Source: Flectonema sp. DT1601 (lineage: Eukaryota). From it: a DNA stretch of 64,000 bases. The translations under genes and the position numbers were made by a program. Below the pieces are notes generated by a model. That model did no database searches and was not told the DNA's origin. It saw only the letters and a list, made by a program, of their open reading frames with translations. Positions 10,931-21,532 of this stretch are shown here, in pieces. The number at the start of each line of letters is the position of its first letter. Within the stretch, counting starts at the first letter, position 1. The stretch covers positions 248,001 through 312,000 of the forward strand of contig OZ025803.1 of assembly GCA_964019425.1 (NCBI GenBank). The letters are read 5' to 3'.

Positions 10931-13336
10931 ATGTCCCATGTCGATCTTACTGACACCAATCTCACAGAAGATGAAGTTAAGACTGTAGTCTCTCACCCAA
11001 CAAAAGAAACATCCGCAGAAGTTCTTCAGGGAATCCGAGTTATGGGAATGGATGGGGCTATTCAACAGAATGCTCATGGAGGAGGTGAAATAATTATTGG
11101 AAATATTTCATTGCGTCATATCAAAGAAACATTACAAAGGGAATGGAAACTTGCTCAGGGTGACATGTCGGTAGTGGATAAGATTGTTAGAGTGATCGAA
11201 CAATTGAAACCAATTCCTTCGGTGATTGAATTCCAAATAATCTCTGGACAGTCTCCTGCAGTTCCCAAACTGTCAGTTATCCCACCGCACTATATTCAAC
11301 AAGGAACGACTGTTAATTCAGACATTCTAAAAGTTCCTGAAATGAAAAATGACGGACTCTCAATGGCGATAACTTCATTATCAAAAATAGAAAAATCGAT
11401 TCTTAAGATTGACGAGTTATGTAAAGACTGGTGTCTTGATCCTGTTGTTGTGAAGAAGAGTATTGATACTCGTAGTCAATTAGATAAGAAATGTCTCATT
11501 TCATTATTAACATCATCTGTTGTTCAAGGTGTATTCAAGAGATTAAATACTATTATTGCACCTGTTGAACAACAACAACAACCTGGGACTAGGAAACCAC
11601 CAGCTCCTAAGATGACTACTAAGTCTTTATTATTTATTCAATCTGTGTACGGAGCTACAAAACAAGGATGTAAAAATGATGACTTCATTGTGAAAGCAAC
11701 GGAACTTCACTTTAGAACAGCCATCACCTCGCAGTACCACTCCAGGGCAATGGACGTATTTAAGTTAGAAGGAGTTACGTATCCTAAGCAGTTAGGAAAT
11801 AGTTTACCACAGTTGTCTTCATCATGGACGAGTATCTTCAGTCTCGAAACAGAAGAATCTGACAAACCGACAGAAGAAGGACAGCAACCTGAAACAAGAA
11901 TAGTTCCTCGTTATAAAACTACCGCTGATTTGGTTAAAGCGATTAAATCGAATTCTCACAAAGACGCTTTAAAGATTGATGCGGGTGAAAATCCAGCCAA
12001 AGAGCGTCGACAACCACCAATTCCATTCATATCACTGCGAGGGACTGAGTTCTCCGTCTCTGACATCGTTGAGACTGACACGAAGCGTTTATCACTCTTG
12101 CGAGACAAGTTGTTATTTACTTCATCGGCACCGCATTTGGGACCTTATTTGCCTGACAAGAAGTTACTTCCTCCGCTTGTCTTCTTATCTTCAATCTCCA
12201 AGAGTGTACTTCCTCAACACACATTCATTACTGATGTTGTTATTGATGTGACTACTATCTGTTCTCATATTGTAAGTAATTACTCTCTTATAAAGGAATT
12301 GAGTAAGGGAGGGTTTGATTTCATTTGGCAGAAAGCGGATTTTGGAAAGTATCGCATTCTGGCTTCAAAATCAAAACCCGAACCTAATAAACGATTCAGC
12401 CTTCCGAGAAGTGGTAATTCACCAACGAACAGTACGTCTTTGGGTGGTGTTGATCCTAAATTGGTTCTTTCAGCTGCAGGGGTTCCTCAAGGTAGTTATC
12501 AAGTGGGTAAAAAGGGAACAATCTTTCTTAAAGAAGAGGCTGTTGATACTCTTGAGAGTAAGGTCCACGGTAAACGCTGTGATATGGTGAAGTTGATCCA
12601 AAAATTTATTCACACCAGGAAGAGTATCATTCACAGAGTTGGGTTGCAGGTATCCCCCATTCAGAGATGCATCAGGTGCCATTTTGCGAGAAAACGCGCC
12701 CACCAAAAACGTGTCGATTTCGTAATCGCCCAACACATCGCAGCCGACAACACTCAACGTGAATCTGATCATCAAAACATTATTACTGCGGAAGATGATT
12801 TATTCGCTGAAATTATAAGCAAGTTCAAGTCCCCTCTTCCTCTTTTATTTCGGCGAACTGTAATTTTCGCTCAAAAGCAAGAACTGGAATCTAGGCTTTG
12901 CATTTTCGACGAGGAGCTGAATGAAGTTGTTAGAATGTCGAATACATTTGAAGAACAGAAATCCGTGTTGAAGAAGGTGCAACGAGCTCGATGGAAGGCT
13001 CGGGATTCATCTTATCGAGATCTCTATTCATCATTTATTGATCACGAGTCTGGGTGTAGGACGCGACTTTCTTTCGATGAGGACGCCCTTAGAAGAAAAA
13101 TCACAAAAACATTCCTCAAACCAATAAAGAAAGAATACAAGCTTCGAAAGCAGCTTCACAGGGAAGCTGAACTTCTGCTTCTAACCCGCGGACAAGAGCA
13201 AAGCCTCTCTCCTTCTTCATTCTTTACGTCAGCTGCTTATAACAGTGATGTTAGTCAGACAGTTGGTTATAGCAGAATGAATGTCCCTTATTCTACAACA
13301 AGGGAGTCACCTGCATCTCCACCACGATTTTATTAA
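10931..13336 (+). CDS. Myosin-related protein: degenerate motor/converter region, IQ motifs, coiled coil
   Basis: YQVGKKGTIFLKEEAVDTLE resembles the myosin converter (YQxGKTKVFLR..LE), followed by LIQKFIH and IQRCIRCHFARKR. No P-loop GESGAGKT seen. Confidence 0.6.
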   Translation: MSHVDLTDTNLTEDEVKTVVSHPTKETSAEVLQGIRVMGMDGAIQQNAHGGGEIIIGNISLRHIKETLQREWKLAQGDMSVVDKIVRVIEQLKPIPSVIEFQIISGQSPAVPKLSVIPPHYIQQGTTVNSDILKVPEMKNDGLSMAITSLSKIEKSILKIDELCKDWCLDPVVVKKSIDTRSQLDKKCLISLLTSSVVQGVFKRLNTIIAPVEQQQQPGTRKPPAPKMTTKSLLFIQSVYGATKQGCKNDDFIVKATELHFRTAITSQYHSRAMDVFKLEGVTYPKQLGNSLPQLSSSWTSIFSLETEESDKPTEEGQQPETRIVPRYKTTADLVKAIKSNSHKDALKIDAGENPAKERRQPPIPFISLRGTEFSVSDIVETDTKRLSLLRDKLLFTSSAPHLGPYLPDKKLLPPLVFLSSISKSVLPQHTFITDVVIDVTTICSHIVSNYSLIKELSKGGFDFIWQKADFGKYRILASKSKPEPNKRFSLPRSGNSPTNSTSLGGVDPKLVLSAAGVPQGSYQVGKKGTIFLKEEAVDTLESKVHGKRCDMVKLIQKFIHTRKSIIHRVGLQVSPIQRCIRCHFARKRAHQKRVDFVIAQHIAADNTQRESDHQNIITAEDDLFAEIISKFKSPLPLLFRRTVIFAQKQELESRLCIFDEELNEVVRMSNTFEEQKSVLKKVQRARWKARDSSYRDLYSSFIDHESGCRTRLSFDEDALRRKITKTFLKPIKKEYKLRKQLHREAELLLLTRGQEQSLSPSSFFTSAAYNSDVSQTVGYSRMNVPYSTTRESPASPPRFY

Positions 13337-13671
13337 GCATTCGCCACGTGGTTGGAACAGATTATCTTCGTTACCTATTTACCGATTTCCTCCTAGCCGA
13401 CAACCAACTTGTGACATATATTTCTTTTTGTACTTCTATGCGCCCAGCCGGGATATGCATTCCGCTGTTGTATTGTATGCAGCTGTTGGTTTGTCCAACT
13501 TGTGATGTACTTTTTATTCTCGCCCCCTTCCAGGAATACGAATAACAAACAGTCACATGAAGTCGTGTATGCATTGCTAAGACGTTTACTTTATTAGAGA
13601 CCCTACCTTATAGTATTTATCTTAACAATCACAGGCGTGCATCAGAGCACAACCCTCCATTTCCCCACAAG

Positions 13672-16142
13672 ATGGCTTCCTTAGGGCAAGCGCAGTCTCT
13701 TGCGATGCTCGTCCAACAACGGGAGCTTCAAAACAGTAAGAAATTAGAAGCCTTGGTATTGAAGAACGATGAGTTGGCTGAATCTTGGCAGCACGCTGAG
13801 AAAGAAAGAGAAGCTTTATTAGAGAGACTCGGGTACCTGGACAATAAAATAACTGAAGCCTGTGCTGGGTTACTCGGTCTAAAGAAAGATAATATTGGAA
13901 TGATGACTGAACACACGAGTAGATTATCTTACTTAGAGCAAGGTGTTGAAGAAAGGTTTCGACTTGTTGAACAGCAAGTCAGCAGTCAATCATCTCCTTC
14001 AGACACCGTGACAACGGATAGGTTTGTTAAAGAACTGTCATCTCGTGATAAAATTATATCTGATCTCCAATCGATGATTAGTTCTCTCGCTCAAAAAGTT
14101 GGAGGAATGGATCTACGAAAAGAAATTGAAAGTACTACTGAAGCTACAAAAACAGCACTTCAATCACAAGTCTCTGACCTGTACAGCGGATTAGAAGTTC
14201 TCGACATCGAAGGTAAAGATGTGAATGGAAGAGTTGAGGATTTAGAACAGCAAGTGAAGTCACATGAAAAAGCACTCTCTGATAAGATTGAATTATTTGA
14301 GAAAAGATTTCAATCAACCAGCTCAACAGCAGCAACTGTATCAACTCTCGAAGGAAGAGTTAACAGTGCTGAAGGAGTGATTACAATTCTAACAGATCAA
14401 CAGTCTGATATATCATCAAATAACCAAGCCGCTATACTTCGACTTGAAAAAACCGAGCAGAGCACTGGACTCCTCTTAGGAAGAATGTCTGCTGTTGAGA
14501 CATTTTCGAAACAATCTAACCTTCGTCTTGAAGATCTAAATATTAAACTGAACAGCTGTGATGAAAATATATTATCAATTACCAATGACATGGCGGTGAT
14601 GGATGAAAAACGTCGACAGAAAGAGACGCAAGACCAGAGCACTGCCGCTAAACTACTAGAATTAGATCGACAAGACATGGTCGATATTAAGAAAGACGTT
14701 GAAATATTAAAAGATGGAGGTCTCATCCCTCATTCTAACAGTAGTACAGCAGACGAATCAAGAATTCTCTCCTTAGTAAATGAACTTGATCGCGGTAAGG
14801 AAGTCCTCGAGAGTATTGTTAAAATGCACGAGATAAGATTTACTGAAATGTCAGAAGACCTCGAGAAGAGAATTCAAAAAGTAGAACAGAACTCAATTAA
14901 AGAAGTAACGTCTTACGGCCATTCTGCTCAAGTCAGTCCTCGTTTAGTTATGTCAGAGACGACGAGTACTCTAAAGCAAGTTGTGGGACATTCGAAAAGT
15001 CTGTCACCAAAGAGAACTGCGAGTGAAATCGCCAACGGAGAAGATAATATGGAAGACGTTCAGGAGTCTTCAATGCATAGCGTGACTGCAGTCCCACATG
15101 GTGGTGTTCAGTTGGAGGTTTCATCAGCAAAGGTTGAGTTCCCTCAAACTGAAGTTATTCAACAGCAGCATCTCTCTCAACTCTCTTCAATACAAAATAC
15201 TAATTCAAACTTAGCAAAACATGATTATGAACAATCAGTTCAAAGACAAGAGGAATGGAGACAGACGTACCTGACTTCTGCATCACCAGTTGCTCCTCTT
15301 CATGAACCACTTCAGTCTTTATTAGATATTCAAAGTAGTGCTCAGATAACACAACACGTAGAAGATCCCATTCACAGTAGACATGATCCAATGACTGTCG
15401 CTATGGGGGTAAAGGCACAACTTGAAGATAGACTTGCTGCCAGTAGGGATATCATGGAAGAACGTCGCAGACTTGAATCTGAGTTGGAAAAAACTAATCA
15501 GCAACTTTCTTTTATTCAAATGGCTTTTCAGACCCTCGCAGAGAAAGAAGGGACTTTGGATGACTCAAAACACGTATTCAATGGATGGGTGAAACAGGTA
15601 TGTTTTATCTTTATAAGTTAACCCATGGTAGGTGGTTCGTTGCCGTCGACTCAGAAAATAAAACAAAAAATAAAACAAAAAAACAGCTTGAATCCGACAA
15701 TACTGAAAAAGCGAGCGTCGTGAAAGGGAAATTACTGAAAATGATGGAAGACATTAGAAAGAGTAAACAGTATGTTGTTTTTATGATCAGTCACTGTCAC
15801 TGAGTCACTTCCTGTTACGATTGAAAACAACCACAACAACCACAACAAACAACAAACAGTAATGTTTACGAAAGAGAATGGGCGTTAGTTGAAGAAGGAA
15901 GTAAACTTCGAAAGATGATTTCGGAATTACGAGAGACGGAGAAGTCGATTGGCGATGAAATGCATCGACTGCAGAAGATGTTAGCAGCTTCAGTACCAGG
16001 AGTGAGTCTATCACATATCAGTAAGATTACTCACTCTCCTGGAATGGGTCTTCCACCAGCTTACAGAAGACCAGACACTAGCCCAATTAGAGTGAGAGAT
16101 ATGTCCAGATCAAGATCCAGATCTCCTAACTTAAGATACTAA
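13672..16142 (+). CDS. Coiled-coil protein, 3 exons (13672-15597, 15687-15769, 15860-16142)
   Basis: Introns 15598-15686 and 15770-15859 (GTATGT..AACAG) join the 649-aa ORF to the 15585 and 15915 ORF frames without stops. Heptad-rich; RS-rich C-terminus. Confidence 0.85.
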
Positions 16143-16521
16143 ACATTGTTTACTTTATAAGATATTGTGTTTGATTACTCTTCTCTATTATGGAAGTAGA
16201 TTTCAGAATCAACATCACTACTGGCGTACCGATATCTGAATAGAGTTCTTCTCATATGTGCCTTGTACCTCCCATCTCTCAAACCTCAGACTGTTGTTTT
16301 AGTTATGTTCCTGAGAAGTGTAGATAGCTTGTATTGCCTGTAACAAAATGGATGAATTAATTTCTGACTTGTTTGTTTTTATAATTTCATTCTTTACACA
16401 GATAACAGAACATGTCATCACTGAATGATGTGAACTCCTTCAATAGTTTTATTAATAACTACTTATGTGATGACATTATTACAACACTCTCACAGTAATA
16501 GTAAGGAAGTAACACAACAAA

Positions 16522-17526
16522 ATGTCTTTCGCAGGCGGATGGTCTGACGAAGAGAATGACAGCCCAACTCCACTAACAGCTCCTTCTTCACAAAGTAAAG
16601 GAAGTAGAGTATCTCTGAGAGGTAAAGGATTAAAAGGTAGTGTTAGAAACAAGGCAAAGAGAGGAAGAGATGACAGCGACGACGACATGGACATCGACTC
16701 CGAAGACGAACAGTTCGTATCCGACATGAGAAAAAGAATAAAAGATGACGTCGGAGTAGCTCATGCAGGACCCTCCACAGTTAAAGGACTCGGAAGATTT
16801 CACAGAGTTACTGACCCTGACTACAGTGACATAGCAATAAAGAATCCATCTGATATCACAAGTATTAATGATACAATAAAGAAAGGATGGCTTGGATCAG
16901 AGTGTCGTTGTCTTCAATGTGAACTGACTCGGTTAGCTGGTTCCTTATCAGCTCAAACAGAAGTAACTCGTGATATTGTTGTACTTCTGGATCTTGATAA
17001 TTTTGGATTTCCTCACTGGGTCCGAACTCCTGTTCAGATGAGAGATTTCAAGCTCCCTGAAAATATATTCCTCTGGGGGTTCTACGGCCTCGGCTTTGAA
17101 TCTCATGGTAGAAAAGGTGATCCAAATACTCACATTACGAGAAACTCAATTTTCGGACACCTCCGAGCAAGAGGTCAGCTGCGGTTATCACCATGCGGTA
17201 ACTACCCGCAAGCAGCTGATAATGCAATGCAGTGCGCTGTATCAGTTCTTAGGAATGTTCACTTAATGGTTGTGAGCGCTGATAAGCCGAACCTTGAAAC
17301 TTGCTCGTCTCGTCACGACAGGCAACCAATTCTCCCGGGTAAGACCCGTAAAAACTTCGCTGCTGTGAATCCACATGAGTTTCAAGACGCGGCAGCGGTA
17401 TGGCGGCATGTTGCCTCCCTTGCTGAGGATGCAAGTCAGGTTCAGGAACAACAACCCAACCCAAACCTTCCTAAAAAGAAGAAGGTAGTCAGGAGGGTGG
17501 TCCGTGCGAGAAAGTCGAAGGCGTGA
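16522..17526 (+). CDS. PIN/NYN-fold protein resembling the ZNF451 C-terminal PIN domain
   Basis: VLLDLDNF..NIFLWGFYG..IFGHLRARGQLRLSPC..QAADNAM..LMVVSADK parallels the ZNF451 PIN pattern VDFDNW..FIWGFQG..C..DAADFAI..ILSGD. Basic NLS-like tail PKKKKVVRR. Confidence 0.7.
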   Translation: MSFAGGWSDEENDSPTPLTAPSSQSKGSRVSLRGKGLKGSVRNKAKRGRDDSDDDMDIDSEDEQFVSDMRKRIKDDVGVAHAGPSTVKGLGRFHRVTDPDYSDIAIKNPSDITSINDTIKKGWLGSECRCLQCELTRLAGSLSAQTEVTRDIVVLLDLDNFGFPHWVRTPVQMRDFKLPENIFLWGFYGLGFESHGRKGDPNTHITRNSIFGHLRARGQLRLSPCGNYPQAADNAMQCAVSVLRNVHLMVVSADKPNLETCSSRHDRQPILPGKTRKNFAAVNPHEFQDAAAVWRHVASLAEDASQVQEQQPNPNLPKKKKVVRRVVRARKSKA

Positions 17527-17929
17527 TCAGCCAAAACGACTCGTCGATATTGTGTTCGTCATTCTCATCGATAATTCGATCAGAAAATAGTACCGCCGTT
17601 AGTGCGCTATTACTGTGGTAGTAACTTTAGCATCAGAGAAATCCAACAGCTGTTTGGTAACTATTGACTTGATTGTAGTTATTACTCACAGAGCGGAGGG
17701 GACTTCGTTTTACGTTTTAGGAATGCATCAAAAGTAATATTATTGTGTTTTCTTGGATCATAACTTACAATACGTAATATGTCTTTGTGCACTCGTTTTA
17801 CTATTTTTATTTCTACTCCCAAATCAGACAATCTTATCAAAGAATAACAGCTTCATGTATGATGTTGATTGGTTGTGTTAATTGTTTTATTCACATTTTA
17901 AAAACAGGTCGGAACAGCTGCTCACAAAT

Positions 17930-19093
17930 ATGCAATTCGCAGCACCACCGTCAATCGAAGAAGTATCACTGAAAGTTGTCATCCAATCAGGAGGATCGAA
18001 TCAACTTATAAAAAGATTAACAGTTAAGGACTGTTGTTTTACTAAACTAAAAGAGACTATTGAAGAATGGGTTCCTGGTGGAAGTAGAATTCAATACGTC
18101 GATGAAGACGATGATTTGATTGAAGTCAGTAGTGATGAGGAATGGTTCGAATGTATTAGACACACAATTCATCATCTTAAAAAGAAGAATATTTTACTAA
18201 AAGTAAAGAGATTAAAGCAGCCTTGTGCTCCAGCAGCTACTGCAGTCGAGGAAGTGGTCGCATCTGCGCCTCTGATAACTGATTGTCTTGCTTCAGCACC
18301 TGAAATAGATTCTCAATCAACTGAACCTGTCATCCTACAACAAGTGTCTGAATGCCAACAGATGGTGTCGGATGATCAACTCGCAGTTAACGAGAGTAAT
18401 ACTCCCGTAGCTGAAACTCAAATTCAAAGTAGTTTAAGTCAGAGTGCTGCGATTCCAGACTCACCAGAAAATATTGAAACCCCCGTACATCTAAATAGGT
18501 CTGCCATGCAACCTACTGTAGTAGCAATTCTGAGATTTAAGTACGGCCGTGAATGTCTAGATTCTGAAGAACAACGCACTCAAATAAATCAACAAGAAGA
18601 TTGGGTAGTCGTTCAGGGAACTGTTCCTGAGCTAACCCTCGATGTTGATATTCCGAAGTTAAGACAGTTTATTAACTCAAACGCAATGAGATGCATTGCT
18701 ATTGGTGAAGTAGAGAATAGTTTTAGATGGCTGACACTAGGATTAGTAATATTCCCCACGTATGATGTATTTTATTATAATATGGCATGTGCTAGTTGCG
18801 TGTCAGGTGATCTACCATCAGCACTAACAAGTATTCAACTAGCAGTCCAGAATGGGTATCGTAGTGTACAGCATTTGGAACAAGATTCTGATCTGGAAGC
18901 TGTGCGTAGTCATCCTCAATTCCAAGAAGTTCTAATGTATCTGAGGCAATTGGAAAATGAAGTATTTCAGTATGAGCGACAGCTGTCGCAATTAAAAGAA
19001 ATGGGAATCGATGACTCCCCTTCAGTTAAACAACTTCTCAATACCCACAACGGTGACCTTGCAAAAGTCTTAGAGGTTTTTCTCTCTCAGTAA
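17930..19093 (+). CDS. PB1-LIR-TPR-UBA protein (p62/NBR1-like selective autophagy receptor candidate)
   Basis: PB1 OPCA motif IQYVDEDDDLIEVSSDEEW; LIR-like EDWVVV; TPR-like YYNMACASC..AVQNGY..DSDLEAVRSHPQF; UBA QLSQLKEMGI..LLNTHNGDLAKVLEVFL. Confidence 0.8.
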   Translation: MQFAAPPSIEEVSLKVVIQSGGSNQLIKRLTVKDCCFTKLKETIEEWVPGGSRIQYVDEDDDLIEVSSDEEWFECIRHTIHHLKKKNILLKVKRLKQPCAPAATAVEEVVASAPLITDCLASAPEIDSQSTEPVILQQVSECQQMVSDDQLAVNESNTPVAETQIQSSLSQSAAIPDSPENIETPVHLNRSAMQPTVVAILRFKYGRECLDSEEQRTQINQQEDWVVVQGTVPELTLDVDIPKLRQFINSNAMRCIAIGEVENSFRWLTLGLVIFPTYDVFYYNMACASCVSGDLPSALTSIQLAVQNGYRSVQHLEQDSDLEAVRSHPQFQEVLMYLRQLENEVFQYERQLSQLKEMGIDDSPSVKQLLNTHNGDLAKVLEVFLSQ

Positions 19094-19177
19094 TTTAATT
19101 TAACTCAGTCGGTAACCAACGACGAAATTTCGTTTTCCGGTGCGGAGGCAACGGAGATTTTTTTTTTTTTTTTTTTT

Positions 19178-19245
19178 TGTACCGACGTAGTCGGAGAAGA
19201 CACTATTCAGATTGAAAACCGTTATTTCTTATGGTCATGATTTAT
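19178..19245 (-). repeat. Short hairpin repeat family R2, copy 2
   Basis: T-run then GTACCGACGTAGTCGGAGAAGACACTATTCAG; matches the copy at 8761. Confidence 0.75.
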
Positions 19246-19532
19246 TTTCCCCCGTGGCGACAGGATTCTGTCTGCGTTCAACGAAATATAATCTGAGTGG
19301 TAGTTTTTTTTTTTTTTGATGTGGGCAACTGTCTCGAAAAAGTCCCAAAAAAAAAGAAAAAAGAGCACTTTTTAACACTTCAATCGCAGCACTTTCATTC
19401 ATTATTCTCTTTCTTGTTTTATACGCAACCCTCTGCAACCCTCTTTTTTAATTTTTTTTTTTCTCATTAGCAGTAAGTTATTTTGCTTCTGTTTTTTTGC
19501 CCATTTAAGATTTACATTTCCCCCCTATTTTC

Positions 19533-19590
19533 TTTTTAATACCTAAAAGTTGTTTCTGTTTTTACATTGTCAAAGTTTCACCCTCCCCTT
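19533..19590 (+). repeat. Dispersed repeat R4 (about 57 bp), copy 1
   Basis: TTTTTAATACCTAAAAGTTGTT(T/A)CTGTTTTTACATTGTCAAAGTTTCACCC is near-identical to 62378-62433. Confidence 0.8.
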
Positions 19591-20253
19591 TTTTTTCTTC
19601 TTGCAAGAGACTCAATCTACTCTTCACCGACGAGAATCGGGGCAACATCGAAGGGATCCCGTCCAGGTTGTGATGTTCTTAACGCTTTAAGAGGAGAAAA
19701 AAAAACAACAAAAACGGAAAACAAAATAAGTAAGCAGGCTTGTTCTTGGAAAACTGACTAAAAAAAAAAGTCTAACGCACTTTGTTGAGAAGAAAGATGA
19801 AATGCAAACACGTTGGCATGCGGATAATCCCTAACCTGTTTTTTTTTTTTTAAATTTTTTTTTTTTGAACTAAATTCTTTCTCAATGCGTAACCGTTTTC
19901 TGTTTCTTTCAATAATATTAATGTCGTCGTCGTCGTCGTCGTCGTCGTCGTTTTGTTTTTTGTCTTCAATTTTTCGCTTCAATAATTTTTCTTTTTTTTT
20001 CTTCTTTTTTTTTTCCTATCCCTCAAAAAAATCCGACGAGCATAAATATTTCTATTTTTGTTCGTTATTTTTGTTATTATTTCTTAGTTGTGGTCGTCTT
20101 TATCTGTTGAACACGTAACTGTTTTTTAAAAAAAAAAAAAAAAGAAGAAGAAGAGAACATCATTCAACGGCAAGCCCGCCAACAGAAATGTCTCTCACTG
20201 AGTAGTGATAAATGATTTGAATGTTTTATTTTATTCAAAACAGTCTGCACGAT

Positions 20254-21243
20254 ATGTCGGAGCTGCAGATTACTTGGCATCCCCAGCGAGTTGGAGATGA
20301 TCCGCTTCAAGGATTACGAGTAGATCAGATAATGGTTTTAAGAGCAGTTGCTGCAGGAACGCCATCTCATCCAGAAGGATCAATCTTTATTGGAAGGGTC
20401 ATCACTCATGTTAATGGTATTCCTGTTTCTTCTTCTTCTGAATTATCTGAAGCACTACAACGATCTCCTGGAAGAGCTGTTATTCGATTTGGTGGAGAAG
20501 GAAAGGCCAGTCCAAAACAACAAAAGCTGCAGCAACAAATGAGGTCTGTAAAAGGACCGGGTCCTCCAGTTCGCCAGCCTCAACTCTCTCAGCAGCCTCA
20601 ACATCCTCAGCAGCCACCACCTCCAAAAACAGCTCTCCCAGCTAAGACACCTGTTGGGAAGAAAATTCCAACTCAGCCTTCACAGCAACCGGCTCCAAAA
20701 ACGCAACTCGCTGCGAAGACACCTTTACAGCAGCCAGTTGTTTCACTTCATTCGAAGAGTTCAAAACCTCTTCAGTCTGTCAAGCTACCAGCTCCATTAC
20801 CTGCACCTAAACCGCAGTCGCAGTTGCAGACACAGTCACACGTAGTAGTGAGACCTGCACAGAAAGATAAGAAAAAGAAGAAGCGATTCAACTACGCTTC
20901 TGAAATTCAAAAACTGAAGAATCTAAACGACGTCATCGAAGATATGGGATCCGCTCTCGTTAGATATGAATTAGGATATGTAAAGACAAGGTGTCCCTCC
21001 TCCCATCTGTTGGAACCGTGTACGGGTGGCACTTGTAACATCTGCGGCCAACAGGGAAATGGATTGGGATGTCGAATCTGTGACTGGGATATCTGTTGGA
21101 GATGTAGTCCAGAACATGTTTCTGATGATGGGAGTAGTGATACTGGTTATCAAGTCTCTTTACATTCAATGCCGAGAGATGTTAATTACAATCACTCACA
21201 TGATCCCTATCAATCTTTTTATTCTAGAAAACGTCATTTCTGA
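20254..21243 (+). CDS. PDZ-like domain, Pro/Gln-rich linker and C-terminal ZZ/C1-like Cys-rich finger
   Basis: VAAGTP..GRVITHVNGIPVSS (PDZ-like); CPSSHLL..CNIC..CRICDWDICWRC. Confidence 0.7.
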   Translation: MSELQITWHPQRVGDDPLQGLRVDQIMVLRAVAAGTPSHPEGSIFIGRVITHVNGIPVSSSSELSEALQRSPGRAVIRFGGEGKASPKQQKLQQQMRSVKGPGPPVRQPQLSQQPQHPQQPPPPKTALPAKTPVGKKIPTQPSQQPAPKTQLAAKTPLQQPVVSLHSKSSKPLQSVKLPAPLPAPKPQSQLQTQSHVVVRPAQKDKKKKKRFNYASEIQKLKNLNDVIEDMGSALVRYELGYVKTRCPSSHLLEPCTGGTCNICGQQGNGLGCRICDWDICWRCSPEHVSDDGSSDTGYQVSLHSMPRDVNYNHSHDPYQSFYSRKRHF

Positions 21244-21532
21244 TATCCACCTGCTGTTCGTCTCGTTGGATTCTGTATTGTTATTTTGTTTTGTTCTTTT
21301 TAGATTATTTCAGTTTTATTTCTCTCTGTTTTAAGAACATTACAATAAACGCATCCAACACCCTTTTCTTATACAGCTGTAAAACATGAATTAATTACCA
21401 GGGAGTTGACCGATACAAACATCGTTAACGTTTTAAAAATACGTTTTAATAATTCCTTTATATTATTAACGTCTTCAGGACTGGGACAGCCACAGATGAA
21501 TGTTGGAAAAGTAACTCACAAGAGCTGATCAC

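Noticed and set aside
19113..19135. AACCAACGA resembling the start of a diplonemid spliced leader
   Set aside because: The match stops after about 9 nt; no TTTCTGTAC..TTG|GT exon end.
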